Assembly: GCA_018064645.1 (NCBI GenBank)
Contig: JAGHUT010000064.1
Location: 3,965 to 67,964, forward strand
From: Candidatus Crickella merdequi
GTDB taxonomy: Bacteria > Bacillota > Clostridia > Peptostreptococcales > Anaerovoracaceae
Length of the DNA: 64,000 nt
Reading direction: 5' to 3'
In this document: positions 8,700 through 19,501 of the stretch, piece after piece
Layout of the letters: every line of letters begins with the position of its first letter
How positions within the stretch are numbered: position 1 is the first letter of the stretch
Made by a program: the position numbers and the translations under genes
Notes under the pieces: generated by a model
What the model saw: only the letters and a program-made list of their open reading frames with translations
Told to the model about the DNA's origin: nothing
Database searches by the model: none

Positions 8700-11669
8700 A
8701 TGGGTAGACGCATTTTCAGCATTTATTCGATATTAATAATATGCGCGATATTTGTGACAGCAACTGTGACCGTTTGTGCAGAAGATGTTACACCATCATA
8801 CTACGGTCTGTATAAACCAGAGGGAAACGGTTTTGTTCTAAGTGACGACATCAATGATGGAAGCAGTGGCCTGGTTCAGGGAAGCCTTCCTTCTAGATAT
8901 GATGGAAGAAAGCTTTCATATTCAAGTAGAATCGCTGTAAAAAATCAGGGGTCTACTGGACTCTGCTGGGCATGTGCGATGGCATCGGCTGCAGAGAGAA
9001 GCTGGGCACAGGAACAGGTAAACGCAGGAAGAACACCATCCACCCTAACCTTGTCACCTATGCATTTAGGATATTTTTTCTATAACAGACAAAACGATCC
9101 CCTCGGAAACACAGCAGGAGATGCAAACAAGGTAAATAAATCAGGATACACATGGAAGTCTCTTGGAGGTAACAGTTCATCAAGCGTTATTGCCCTTGCA
9201 GGATGGACAGGCCTTGCAAATAACAGTCTGGTACCTTTTTCGCAGAGTACTACAAGCGTTAATTCAAGCTACTGCTACCAGGACGAGTTGGTTCTTGAGA
9301 ACGCAGAATTCCTTTACACCGATGCTGACACAAAGGCTGCAATCATGAGGTATGGTGCAGTTGCAGCAGACTACTATCATTCAAGCAGTTACCTAGGCGC
9401 AGACAAGAAGAGCTACTATGTAAATACAACAGATTACTATAACAATCATGCCATTACACTTGTTGGCTGGGATGATAATTACAGCGCAAGCAATTTTGCA
9501 GGAGGCAATGGTGGTACACCTGCAGGAAACGGGGCCTGGATTGCGCAGAACAGCTGGGGAGCAAGCTGGGGTGAAAGTGGATATTTTTACATCTCATATT
9601 ATGACAAAACCCTTGCAGACCCAGTGTATGTAGATATGCAGGCTAAAGATGCATACGATTTCAATTATCAGTATGACGGTAACGCAACTGTAAGCTCAAT
9701 GATTCTATATCCGGGGTACAAAGTTGTTAATTTCTTTAAGACAAAGGGTTCTGATGCCGAGAGTCTTGATGCAATCGGTTTTTGCAACAATAACGTTTCT
9801 GGCCAGGAGTACAACTATAATGTAGAGATTTATGTAGATGCATCAACTCCAGAGGACCTTAACGACAGTCATCTTGTAACATCCTTCGAGGTTCAGACAA
9901 GAGGCCAGGGCTATAACACCTTCGAGATCCCAGAAGATGCATCTATCAAGATGGGCAGAGGAACATCCTTTGCTGTTGTTGTATCATTTGTCTCAACAAC
10001 TGGAAGCTATCAGAACGCACGTCTCGCAATTGAAAGACCAAGCAGTTCTTCTGAGCGCAGTCAGACATACTACGTAGTATATGAGTCAGGCTACAATGAA
10101 GGCGTAAGTTATCTGTACAAGTCATCTACAGGCTGGGTGGACATTGCCGAAAGTAAGGGATATACGCCTAGAATCAAAGCTTTTACAAATGCAGCGGCAC
10201 CAGTGGAATGCACGTCCATAGAGCTGGATGCCAAAACAGCGATGACAAGTGTTGGGCAGACAATTAAGCTCACCGCAACAGTAAACCCTGTAAATGCCAG
10301 CGATAGAACGGCACTCTGGTCAAGTAGTGATACAAGCGTGGCTACAGTTGACAGCAATGGAAATGTTACGGCAGTAAACACAGGAACAGCAACAATTACA
10401 GCAACAGCCAAGGGAAATAAAAAGCTGTCGGACAGTGCAACAGTAACTGTTAAAGAAGCAACTCCTAAGCTAGATGAAGGCAGAGGCGCTAATGGCGTTA
10501 ATAATCTCAAGGGAAGAATCTACATATCCAATTACAACAAGGGAACTCTGGATGTGACTGTTGATGGAACTGAAGTCGATGCTGCGAAGGTTACAACTAC
10601 AGGCGGAGAAGGAGGCTATGTAGAAGTCCAGGACGAATGGATGGGCAAGACTGTAGAGCTTCGAAAGGACAATGTAAATTCAGAATATTCGAGCAACAAT
10701 CTTTCAGTAGAGTTACAGCAGATTAAGCTTGAAAAAACGGATATATTCGATGGTGAAAATACTAAGAGGATATTTGGTCCATCAAGGTACGAGACCTCAC
10801 GTAATATCGCAGATACATATAAAAAGATAAATGCTGATTACAAATTAGACTGCGTAGTTGTTGCGAGTGGAGAAAACTATCCTGATGCACTGGCGGGAGG
10901 ATATTTGGCCTATAAAAGAAATGCACCGTTAATTACCGTTAATTCATCAAGTGAAATAGCCGTTGCAGACTACATTAATAAAAAACTATGCAACGGTGGA
11001 ACGGTATATATTCTTGGAGGGACACTGTCAGTCTCATCAAACTTTGAAAATCGAATTAAAGCATTGTCAATAAAGCCATATGTAAAACGACTTGGTGGAA
11101 GAAATAGGTTTGATACAAATCTTCTTATTTTAAAGGAATCAGGAATAACGGATGAAGACTTACTGATCTGCTCTTCTGTAGGCTATGCAGATAGTCTTTC
11201 AGCATCTGCAGCAAAAAGACCGATTTTACTTGTAGGCAACAGTTTGACAGAATCGCAGAAGGAATTTATAAGCTCACTGGATACTACAAAAGTTTATATA
11301 ATAGGAGGCTATTTCTCTGTATCGGATTCGGTCAAACTTGAAATAATAGCAGAACACAAGAAGGGCATACCGTTTAGTGTAAAAAGATTATCAGGTGCAA
11401 ATAGGTATGAAACATCAACAAGTGTAGCAAACGAGTTTTTTAGAGGTAATGTTGAAACCGTTGTATTGGCATATGGAGAGAATTTTCCAGACGGACTTTC
11501 TGGTGGACCGCTTGCGATGGAATTAGATGCACCACTTCTTCTTGCAAAAGATAGTGTAACGAATTATGATAAGAGATACACTGAAGAACATAATGCCAAA
11601 ACAGCAATTGTTCTAGGCGGTGGATCTTTTATCACTGATAAAGCAGTTCGAACAATCTTGAGCAAGTAA
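8700..11669 (+). CDS. Cwp84-like surface cysteine protease: papain-fold (C1) domain + Big_2 Ig-like domain + three CWB2 cell-wall-binding repeats
   Basis: 989 aa with a signal peptide. Catalytic motifs [11 protein letters not shown] (Cys), [11 protein letters not shown] (His) and QNSWG. A Big_2-like segment ([25 protein letters not shown]...ITATAKG) lies at about nt 10217-10460. From about nt 10760 there are three CWB2 units ([24 protein letters not shown]) with YPDALAG/FPDGLSG motifs. Confidence 0.85.
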   Translation: MGRRIFSIYSILIICAIFVTATVTVCAEDVTPSYYGLYKPEGNGFVLSDDINDGSSGLVQGSLPSRYDGRKLSYSSRIAVKNQGSTGLCWACAMASAAERSWAQEQVNAGRTPSTLTLSPMHLGYFFYNRQNDPLGNTAGDANKVNKSGYTWKSLGGNSSSSVIALAGWTGLANNSLVPFSQSTTSVNSSYCYQDELVLENAEFLYTDADTKAAIMRYGAVAADYYHSSSYLGADKKSYYVNTTDYYNNHAITLVGWDDNYSASNFAGGNGGTPAGNGAWIAQNSWGASWGESGYFYISYYDKTLADPVYVDMQAKDAYDFNYQYDGNATVSSMILYPGYKVVNFFKTKGSDAESLDAIGFCNNNVSGQEYNYNVEIYVDASTPEDLNDSHLVTSFEVQTRGQGYNTFEIPEDASIKMGRGTSFAVVVSFVSTTGSYQNARLAIERPSSSSERSQTYYVVYESGYNEGVSYLYKSSTGWVDIAESKGYTPRIKAFTNAAAPVECTSIELDAKTAMTSVGQTIKLTATVNPVNASDRTALWSSSDTSVATVDSNGNVTAVNTGTATITATAKGNKKLSDSATVTVKEATPKLDEGRGANGVNNLKGRIYISNYNKGTLDVTVDGTEVDAAKVTTTGGEGGYVEVQDEWMGKTVELRKDNVNSEYSSNNLSVELQQIKLEKTDIFDGENTKRIFGPSRYETSRNIADTYKKINADYKLDCVVVASGENYPDALAGGYLAYKRNAPLITVNSSSEIAVADYINKKLCNGGTVYILGGTLSVSSNFENRIKALSIKPYVKRLGGRNRFDTNLLILKESGITDEDLLICSSVGYADSLSASAAKRPILLVGNSLTESQKEFISSLDTTKVYIIGGYFSVSDSVKLEIIAEHKKGIPFSVKRLSGANRYETSTSVANEFFRGNVETVVLAYGENFPDGLSGGPLAMELDAPLLLAKDSVTNYDKRYTEEHNAKTAIVLGGGSFITDKAVRTILSK

Positions 11670-11679
11670 GGAGAGGGTT

Positions 11680-14103
11680 TTGAAAGCATCAATAAAGAAC
11701 ATAATAATAATGACCACACTGATACTGATTATGGAATCAGTATCAGTTGTTGCTTTTGCAGAACGAACGAACCCATCAGAATACGGGTTATTTAAACCGC
11801 AAGGAGATGAATTTATTATTAGTGAACATATGGAGGATTCATCATCAGCCGGCTTTAAAAAAGCGGGTCTTCCTGAAAAATATGATTCAAGAAAACTCAC
11901 ATATGCTAGCTCAATAAAGGTCAAAAATCAAAAGACCACGGGTCTTTGCTGGACTTTTGCTGCAACAACGGCAGCAGAAAGGAGTTGGCAGGAAGAAAGA
12001 AAAAGAGAGGGCTGTGAACCTGTAGTAGTCGAATTATCACCAATGCATCTTGGCTATTTTGTATATCACAAAGAACCAGATGTATTTGGAAATAATTTTG
12101 GTGATGAAAATTTGATTGTTCGAAATAGCTATAATTGGAAATCAATAGGTGGAAATAGCAAAATGGTTTTACAAACCCTTGCACAAGGTGTTGGGTTTGA
12201 AGAAGAGCAAGAAGTCCCTTTTAACGAAAGTACGACGTATCTAGAACCATCATTATGCAATAGTTCAAAATACTCTTTGGAGAATGGAAACTACTTATAC
12301 AGTGAAGAGGATTTAAAACAAGCTATAATGAAATATGGTGCTGTTGCGGCTGATTACTATTCCGAAGACCTGTATCTTGCAAGTGACAAAAGGAGTTATT
12401 ATTGTAATATATCTAAAAATTCAAATCACGCAATTGTTATTGTAGGATGGGATGATAGTTATAATGCAAATAATTTTATTGGAAGTGATAGTGGTATTCC
12501 TGAAAAGGATGGAGCTTGGATTATTCAAAACAGTTGGGGAGCATCTGTAGGGGATTCAGGATATTACTATATATCCTATGAAGATAGTACTCTATGTGAT
12601 CCTTGTTATTTTGATGTGCAGCCAGGGGATACTTACGATTATATTTATCAGTATGATGGCAACTGTACGGATGCAAGCATAGTGATTAAAAAAGGGCAAA
12701 AGCTTGTAAATTTCTATGTATCAGAAGGAAGTCAGAAGGAAATACTGAAAGCGGTTGGATTTATCAACGCAAACAAGTCAGCAGAAACATTCTATTATAC
12801 TGTTGAAATTTACAAAAGTGCATTCTCCACATCCGACATTAATGAAACAAATAAAGTTGCATGCTTTAACATCACAACAACAGGTGAAGGCTATAACACT
12901 TTTGAACTGCCCGAAGAAACGGCAGTAGAACTTAAAAAAGGTACAGGCTTTGCTGTTTCAATTACATACACTGGAAGTGATGGAGGCAGCGGGCAAGCAA
13001 ACATTGGATATGAGAATAATGACAATAGCAATGGATATGTAAACTATAAAGCATCAAATGATGCGGGCAGAAGTTTCTGGTACTACGGCTCTTGGTATGA
13101 TTTAGGTGCAAAGAATAACTCTTGCGCGAGGATTAAAGCTCTAACAATTGCTGCCGATAATGATAACTATGACGATACAAAAGAATCTTTGTTTAAAGGA
13201 GAGAAAGTAAAAAGAACTTACGGCTTATCAAGATATGAAACTTCAAAACTTTTGGCTGATGATATTCTAACCTTGAGAGAGGGGGCGAAGTTTGATTGTG
13301 TTGTGCTTGCAAGTGGAAGGGATTATCCAGATGCTCTTTCCGGAGGATATCTTGCAACAATAAACAATGCGCCTTTAATTCTTGTTGATGAGTCACAGAA
13401 ACAAAGCGTATGCACCTACCTTAGCAATTCACTGAACAAAGGTGGAAAAATATATATTCTTGGAGGTGAATATTCAATTTCCAAATCATTCGAGAATACT
13501 CTTCGTGAAAAAATTACTTCAAACATACAGCGTTGCGAAGGACGAACAAGATATGATACTAACCTAGCTGTTCTAGAGGCGGCAAAGGTAAATGACGAAG
13601 ACTTGCTGATATGCTCAGGATTAGGATTTGCAGATGCACTATCTGCAACAGCAACAAATAAGCCAATTCTTCTTGTTGGAGCTAGTCTTACTGATTCACA
13701 AAAGGTTTTTCTACAAAGCAATGAAAGCAAAAATGGCTATGTAATTGGTGGAACAGCGTCTGTTTCGGAAACAACGAAAGGACAAATCAAATCCATTAGA
13801 GGGGACTTAAATTTGGAAAGAATCTATGGACAGAATCGTTATGAGACATCATTAAGAATTGCAGAATATTTCTTTGGAGATAAAGATATCGATACAGTAG
13901 TAGTTTCTTACGGTAAAAATTTTCCAGACGGACTATCCGGAGGGCCAGTTGCAATTAAACTGGAAGCCCCACTTATACTGGCTGAAACTGCGGTCACTTC
14001 ACATGTAGAGTCTTTCACTAAAAAAAAGAAAATTAAACAGATTCTAGTGATTGGTGGTCCAACATATATTTCCGCTGCAGCTGCTAACAAAATTATTAAC
14101 TAA
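11680..14103 (+). CDS. Second Cwp84/Cwp13-like cysteine protease with three CWB2 repeats (paralog of 8700-11669, lacks the Big_2 module)
   Basis: 807 aa. TTG start 5 nt after the RBS aaggagag. Catalytic motifs QKTTGLCWTFA, NHAIVIVGWDD and QNSWG are intact. CWB2 units: GLSRYETS, GRTRYDTN, GQNRYETS. Confidence 0.85.
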   Translation: MKASIKNIIIMTTLILIMESVSVVAFAERTNPSEYGLFKPQGDEFIISEHMEDSSSAGFKKAGLPEKYDSRKLTYASSIKVKNQKTTGLCWTFAATTAAERSWQEERKREGCEPVVVELSPMHLGYFVYHKEPDVFGNNFGDENLIVRNSYNWKSIGGNSKMVLQTLAQGVGFEEEQEVPFNESTTYLEPSLCNSSKYSLENGNYLYSEEDLKQAIMKYGAVAADYYSEDLYLASDKRSYYCNISKNSNHAIVIVGWDDSYNANNFIGSDSGIPEKDGAWIIQNSWGASVGDSGYYYISYEDSTLCDPCYFDVQPGDTYDYIYQYDGNCTDASIVIKKGQKLVNFYVSEGSQKEILKAVGFINANKSAETFYYTVEIYKSAFSTSDINETNKVACFNITTTGEGYNTFELPEETAVELKKGTGFAVSITYTGSDGGSGQANIGYENNDNSNGYVNYKASNDAGRSFWYYGSWYDLGAKNNSCARIKALTIAADNDNYDDTKESLFKGEKVKRTYGLSRYETSKLLADDILTLREGAKFDCVVLASGRDYPDALSGGYLATINNAPLILVDESQKQSVCTYLSNSLNKGGKIYILGGEYSISKSFENTLREKITSNIQRCEGRTRYDTNLAVLEAAKVNDEDLLICSGLGFADALSATATNKPILLVGASLTDSQKVFLQSNESKNGYVIGGTASVSETTKGQIKSIRGDLNLERIYGQNRYETSLRIAEYFFGDKDIDTVVVSYGKNFPDGLSGGPVAIKLEAPLILAETAVTSHVESFTKKKKIKQILVIGGPTYISAAAANKIIN

Positions 14104-14189
14104 AACACTATATAATGAATGATGTGTGCAATAATTAGGTATATATAGACCAATCTACTTAAAAAGGGTTTTATTATTCCAAATTATAC

Positions 14190-15629
14190 TGACCCCCAAA
14201 AGTTAGACCAACAAATCTAACGATTGGGAGGTCAGTTTTTTAATGGCAAAATATTGTTTTGAGTTTAGGATGAAAGTGGTCAATGACTATCTTCAAGGTG
14301 CTGAGGATATGAATATCTTTCACAGAAGTACAGTATACCATCAAGTACTACGGTTGAAGAATGGGTAAAGATATACAAACAATTTGGAACTGATGGGTTG
14401 CGGCGCACTCGACAAAAGCAGAAGTACTCTTTCGAGTTTAAGTTAAATGCTGTAGAATTGTATCTATCAAGCGAGGTATCATACAAAGAACTAGCTTTTT
14501 CTCTTGGAATTAGTAATTCATCAATAATAACCAGATGGGTTCTTGATTATCGTATTGCTGGCCCCGATGCATTGAGACCTCGCAGGAAAGGTCGAAAGAG
14601 AACATTGAAGATGAGCTGTTGAGACTAAGAATAGAGAATGCGTATTTAAAAGAACTGAGGAGACTGCGTTTAGAAGAGGAAGCTCTTCTGAGAGAAAGGC
14701 GAGAATTGTCCACAGTCTCCGAGGAGAATTCAAATTAAAGGACATTCTCGCTGTAGTTGGATTACCAAAAGCGACATATATGTACTGGCAGAAGCGATTT
14801 GACAGGAAAAATCCAGATTAGGAACTAGAAACCATAATGACGGATATCCGCAAGGACAATCCCAATTTTGGATATCGTTCGATCTGCGCTGAACTTCGCA
14901 ATAGAGGTTATGTTGTAAACCACAAGAAAGTTCAACGCTTAGTTCAGAAACTTGGAATTCAAGTGACATCATTTACAAACAAGAATAGCCGCTACAATTC
15001 CTACAAAGGCAAAGTGGATAAAGTTGCGCCAAACAGAATTAACAAAAGATTTAACACATGTATACCTCATCAGAAGATAACCACGGATACAACTGAATTT
15101 AAGTATTATGAGGTAGATGCGAAAGGCAAACTGACAATTAAGAAACTCTACCTGGATCTTATATGGATATGTATAATTCTGAAATTGTTAGTTACAGTAT
15201 TTCCAAGCAGCCTAATGGGGAATCAGTAATGGCAGCGTTAGAAGAAGCGCTTGCAGCTACAGCAGATTGCAAATACAGAAGGACGTTTCACTCTGATCAA
15301 GGATGGGCGTATCAAATGAAAGCATATTCGCGCCGTTTAAGGAAAGACAAAGTCTTTCAGAGCATGTCACGGAAAGGAAATTGTTACGATGATTCAAAAA
15401 TGGAAAAGTTCTTTTCAATACTTAAGCAAGAAATGTACTATGGCAATACATTTTACAGTTACAATTCATTAGCAGAAGCTATAGCAAAATACATAGAGTA
15501 TTACAACACTAAACGAATTAAACGTGCGTTAGCATGGAAGAGTCCTGTTCAGTACAGAATCGAAAAAGCAGCATAAAAAGGCGAAGTAGAAAAATCTACT
15601 TCGCCATAAAGTCTAGCTTTTGGGGGTCA
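14190..15629 (+). mobile_element. IS3-family (IS150-like) insertion sequence, decayed
   Basis: Terminal inverted repeats TGACCCCCAAAAGTTAGAC (14190-14208) and GTCTAGCTTTTGGGGGTCA (15611-15629), 18/19 complementary, with the TG...CA ends typical of IS3. The interior encodes OrfA (HTH) and OrfB (rve/DDE) remnants. Confidence 0.85.
14243..15576 (+). pseudogene. IS3-family transposase OrfAB, disrupted by several frameshifts and an in-frame stop
   Basis: Homologous reading switches frame 2 to 1 near 14320-14340 and frame 1 to 3 near 14600. The frame 3 to 2 switch near 14738 is the expected programmed -1 site. There is an in-frame TAG at 14819-14821. A frame 2 to 1 shift near 15160-15230 falls inside the DDE core (..KKLYLD / MDMYNSEIVSYSIS..). 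Confidence 0.8.
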
Positions 15630-15736
15630 GCCCAAATAAAACCCTTTTTTATTGTTTTAATGGCCTCAAATTTGCTCTAGTGTTTAAAAAGATGGTATAA
15701 TCAACTAAATATATCACTAAACAGAAAGAGGTTTTT

Positions 15737-17689
15737 ATGCAAAAGAAAATAAAATCATGTTTACTTGTTCTGACTCTTTGCTTTTCTATAATTGCATCTC
15801 CAATTGCAGCAGAACACGTAGAGGCAACAAGTGTAACAGATGCTAGCGTTTATTGGATTACTGGATACGGCAGTGGAGGATATTGTACACTGTCGGCAAA
15901 TATATATATGATAAGAAGAGCCATGATTGCGAGAGGCTCAACTAAATGGTCAAGTGTAACATATAGTTCGGCGGGCCCGGCGTTATGCACATCAGTTCCT
16001 ACAATGAAATGGAATTATACATATAGCTGTGATGGAGTAACAGTAAAGGGAACTCATGTTACTATGACAGGATCGGCATCTCAGAAAGCAGCACAACTTC
16101 GAAAGCTTCTTGATAGTCATCCTGAAGGCGTAGTGGTAAGGGGTAATCGACTTGCAGGCTACTCACATGGAGCGCTTTTGACTGGATACTATGGAACTGG
16201 CAACAATCAGTTCTATGTGGCAGATTCAACACATAATGCTAGTAAGTTTGTAAGCTCACCTAAAGGTATAGAAACATGGGCATCCTCAACACTCAATGAT
16301 ATGTCTAATGTTCAGGATGCGTGGTATTTGACAAGCATATCTGGTGTTGCAACAAGTGCGAGGAATACTTATGTGTTGGTAAGCGGCAAACTATACTATG
16401 TGGATGCTAATGGCAAGTTTGTAACAGGCTGGTACACAGTATCTGGAAATAAGTGTTATTTTGATCCTGCAGATGGACATAAACTTTTCGGATGGCAGAC
16501 AATTGATGGACAAAAATATTATTTAGATCCCAAAACTGGCGCAGCAGTAAGTGATTGTAAGAAAACAATTGATGGAAAAACCTATATCTTTGATAAAACA
16601 GGTGTTGTGGCAAATGGATGGTGCACACTGGGAGAAGAAGAGTATTACGCAACTGAAGAAGGTCTGCTTTATGGTTATTGTATAGTAGATGAACAGCCAG
16701 AGTGTTTTGATCCAGTTACGGGTGTCCATTGTGTTAGTTCGAATGCCATAAACACCATAAACTATGTATTTGGCGCAGATAGATTCGCAACTTCAATAAA
16801 AATTGCTGATGCACTCAAATATCAACTTGGCAAAGATAAGTTTGATGCCGTTATTGTTGCTAGTGGAATGGACTACCCAGATGCACTTTCAGGAGGATTC
16901 CTTGCAGAACAAAAGGAAGCACCGATGCTCCTCGTGGGGCCAAATTCTGAGACATGCATAAAGAAATACATAGAAAACAATCTTAGTTCGGATGGAACAA
17001 TATATATTCTCGGTGGTTATGCCGCTGTTTCCAAATCATTTGAACAGAGCGTGACAAAGGATGGCATTACTGTAAAAAGACTCGAAGGCGCAAATCGATT
17101 TGGCACAAATATGGCAGTGCTAAATGAAGTAGGGGTAACGACAGATGCTGTCATCATTTGCTCAAGTTTTGGATATGCGGACAGTATATCTGCATCAGCA
17201 GCAAAAAAACCTATCCTTTTAGTAGGCGGAAGCCTAACAGAAGAGCAATCAGAGTATATTGGCAAGTATTCAAAAGCGTATATTATAGGTGGTTCAGCAT
17301 CAATTAGTCCAGCGATTGAAGCGAAAATTAGAAGCATTATTGACAAGCCTGTCGAAAATGAGACGCTGGCAGCAAATGATGGAGTAATGCAATCTAACGT
17401 AAAAAGACTATGGGGAGCAACAAGGTTTGATACATCTATTGCCGTAGCCAATGAGTTTATATCAAATAATGCAGATTGCATGATTCTCGCATATGGATTA
17501 AATTTCCCTGATGGACTTTCGGCAGGTCCGTTTGCGGCTGCAATGAATGCTCCAATCGTGCTAGCAACACCAAGTGCAGCATCTGGTGCAACATCATTCG
17601 CTAGAGAGCATGGTATTAACAGTACTTTTGCTATTGGCGGACCGACCTTTTTAACACCGGCTACAACGGCAGGAATTATTTCACAATAA
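15737..17689 (+). CDS. Surface protein: unassigned N-terminal domain (possible Cys/His peptidase or amidase fold) + CW_binding_1 repeats + three CWB2 repeats
   Basis: 650 aa with a signal peptide. N-terminal domain has GSGGYCTLSAN and AGYSHGALLTGY segments. Repeats GKLYYVDANG, GNKCYFDPADG, GQKYYLDPKTG and GKTYIFDKTG follow. CWB2 units: GADRFATS, GANRFGTN, GATRFDTS. Confidence 0.75.
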   Translation: MQKKIKSCLLVLTLCFSIIASPIAAEHVEATSVTDASVYWITGYGSGGYCTLSANIYMIRRAMIARGSTKWSSVTYSSAGPALCTSVPTMKWNYTYSCDGVTVKGTHVTMTGSASQKAAQLRKLLDSHPEGVVVRGNRLAGYSHGALLTGYYGTGNNQFYVADSTHNASKFVSSPKGIETWASSTLNDMSNVQDAWYLTSISGVATSARNTYVLVSGKLYYVDANGKFVTGWYTVSGNKCYFDPADGHKLFGWQTIDGQKYYLDPKTGAAVSDCKKTIDGKTYIFDKTGVVANGWCTLGEEEYYATEEGLLYGYCIVDEQPECFDPVTGVHCVSSNAINTINYVFGADRFATSIKIADALKYQLGKDKFDAVIVASGMDYPDALSGGFLAEQKEAPMLLVGPNSETCIKKYIENNLSSDGTIYILGGYAAVSKSFEQSVTKDGITVKRLEGANRFGTNMAVLNEVGVTTDAVIICSSFGYADSISASAAKKPILLVGGSLTEEQSEYIGKYSKAYIIGGSASISPAIEAKIRSIIDKPVENETLAANDGVMQSNVKRLWGATRFDTSIAVANEFISNNADCMILAYGLNFPDGLSAGPFAAAMNAPIVLATPSAASGATSFAREHGINSTFAIGGPTFLTPATTAGIISQ

Positions 17690-17713
17690 GAAGAGCATGG
17701 AAAAAGAGAAAAA

Positions 17714-19486
17714 ATGAAGCAATCACATTCAATAGTAAAAGCACTAGTTATAACCTTCTTAGCAGCTTTTGTTTTAGGGCTTGGAACGGTTGCGATTTAT
17801 GCAGACGCAGGAAACCTTTCAAGTGAAGAAAGTGGCTATGCTGGAGTATCAATGAAAAATAATACGCCTTTTATGAGGTCAAGCTATCCAGACAAATGGA
17901 CCCTGCAGCCTGATGGAACATGGAAACACTCAAATGGGAATGTTCTTGTAGGTGTAAAAGGTAAAGGCATAGATGTGTCTGAGCACAATGGCAAAATAGA
18001 CTGGGAAAAAGTCAAAGCAGATGGAATAGATTTTGCAATTTTAAGAATTGGTTGGGAATATAAGGAAGATAAAACGTTTAAGTACAATGTATCTGAGTGT
18101 GAAAGGCTTGGGATTCCGTATGGGGTTTATCTGTTTTCGTATACAGAGAGTTCCCAGAACACAATAGATGAGGCAAAAAATGCTATAAACATATTAAAAA
18201 AGTATAATTGCCAACTGTCATATCCAGTTTACTATGATCTTGAGGATGCATGGAAAACGCTTCCAGACGGTACAAAAGTAAAGACAATTCTACATGCGTT
18301 CAATTCAGATCCAAAGAGAATTTCAGCTGAAGCAAAACGATTCTGCGGTATTGTTGAAGAGGCAGGATACACACCAGGAATCTATGCTAACTATGATTGG
18401 TTTACAAATTACTTGACCGAAGACTATCTAGATATTTATGAGAAGTGGGTTGCACAGTACAACATAGAATGTGAATACAAGAAGAATCATGCTGTATGGC
18501 AGTTTAGTGATGCTGGTAACGTTAAAGGTATTACAGGAAGTGTTGATTTGAACTTTGACTTTGCAGAAAGAATAAATGCAGATAAGGTTAGAGTTAGCGG
18601 TGCAACAAGGTTTGACACAGCAATAGCGATTGCTGATGAATACAAACGATATCGCATTGCAATGGAGGGAAAAGAAAAATTCGAGTGCATTGTTGTTGCT
18701 AACGGTTTGAATTTCCCTGATGCACTTACAGGAAGTTATCTAGCGGGTTGTAATGAAGCCCCAATCTTAATGGTAGCACCAAATGTTGAGGCAAAAATTG
18801 AAAAATATATAAAGGAAAACCTCGTAGATGATGGTAAGATATATCTTCTTGGAGGAGAAGGCGTTGTTTCCCCTCGCTTTGAGAAAGCTGTTTCACTTTT
18901 GGGCACTGTAGAAAGGCTTTCTGGACAAAATAGATACGATACAAATTTAGCAATTCTAGATAGTGTTGAGAAGGAATATCCCTCCGACACGCTTCTAGTG
19001 TGTGCTGGTTCAAATTTTGCGGATGCGCTTTCAGCTTCTCCTGTTGGGTATCCGTTGATGATCGTTGGGGATTCGCTAACAGAAAAACAAAAGAATCATC
19101 TATCTCTTGCAAAATATAAACACATATATATTATTGGTGGCACAGCTGTTATATCAAACGGTGTTATGGCTGAACTTGAGAGGTATGCGAGCGAGTCGAT
19201 AGACAGGATATATGGCGCAACTAGATATGACACATCTGTTGCAGTAGCTACGACATTTTTCAATGCTTTTAATACAGCAACGATTACAAGCGGATTAGAT
19301 TTTCCTGATGGAATAGCTGGCGGTCGTCTAGCCATGGCTTATAATTCGCCGTTGCTTCTTGTAAACGAAGGGAATACCGTTAAAGCAAATAATTTCATAA
19401 AAAGTAGGATTGTAGCTCCAAGCAAACTATTTGTCCTTGGTGGCGAGGGAGCAATATCAGAAAATATAAAAAGAAGAATTTTATAA
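17714..19486 (+). CDS. GH25 muramidase (lysozyme/autolysin) with three CWB2 repeats
   Basis: 590 aa with a signal/TM segment. GH25 signature GIDVSEHNGKIDWEKVKADGIDFAILRIG ... VWQFS. CWB2 units: GATRFDTA, GQNRYDTN, GATRYDTS. Confidence 0.85.
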   Translation: MKQSHSIVKALVITFLAAFVLGLGTVAIYADAGNLSSEESGYAGVSMKNNTPFMRSSYPDKWTLQPDGTWKHSNGNVLVGVKGKGIDVSEHNGKIDWEKVKADGIDFAILRIGWEYKEDKTFKYNVSECERLGIPYGVYLFSYTESSQNTIDEAKNAINILKKYNCQLSYPVYYDLEDAWKTLPDGTKVKTILHAFNSDPKRISAEAKRFCGIVEEAGYTPGIYANYDWFTNYLTEDYLDIYEKWVAQYNIECEYKKNHAVWQFSDAGNVKGITGSVDLNFDFAERINADKVRVSGATRFDTAIAIADEYKRYRIAMEGKEKFECIVVANGLNFPDALTGSYLAGCNEAPILMVAPNVEAKIEKYIKENLVDDGKIYLLGGEGVVSPRFEKAVSLLGTVERLSGQNRYDTNLAILDSVEKEYPSDTLLVCAGSNFADALSASPVGYPLMIVGDSLTEKQKNHLSLAKYKHIYIIGGTAVISNGVMAELERYASESIDRIYGATRYDTSVAVATTFFNAFNTATITSGLDFPDGIAGGRLAMAYNSPLLLVNEGNTVKANNFIKSRIVAPSKLFVLGGEGAISENIKRRIL

Positions 19487-19501
19487 AAAAGGGTAAAGAA
19501 A

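Noticed and set aside
14398-15576. Treating ORFs 14398-14622, 14837-15229 and 15163-15576 as separate functional transposase genes
   Set aside because: They are fragments of one IS3-type OrfAB, broken by unprogrammed frameshifts and a TAG at 14819-14821. I annotated them as a pseudogene inside the IS.
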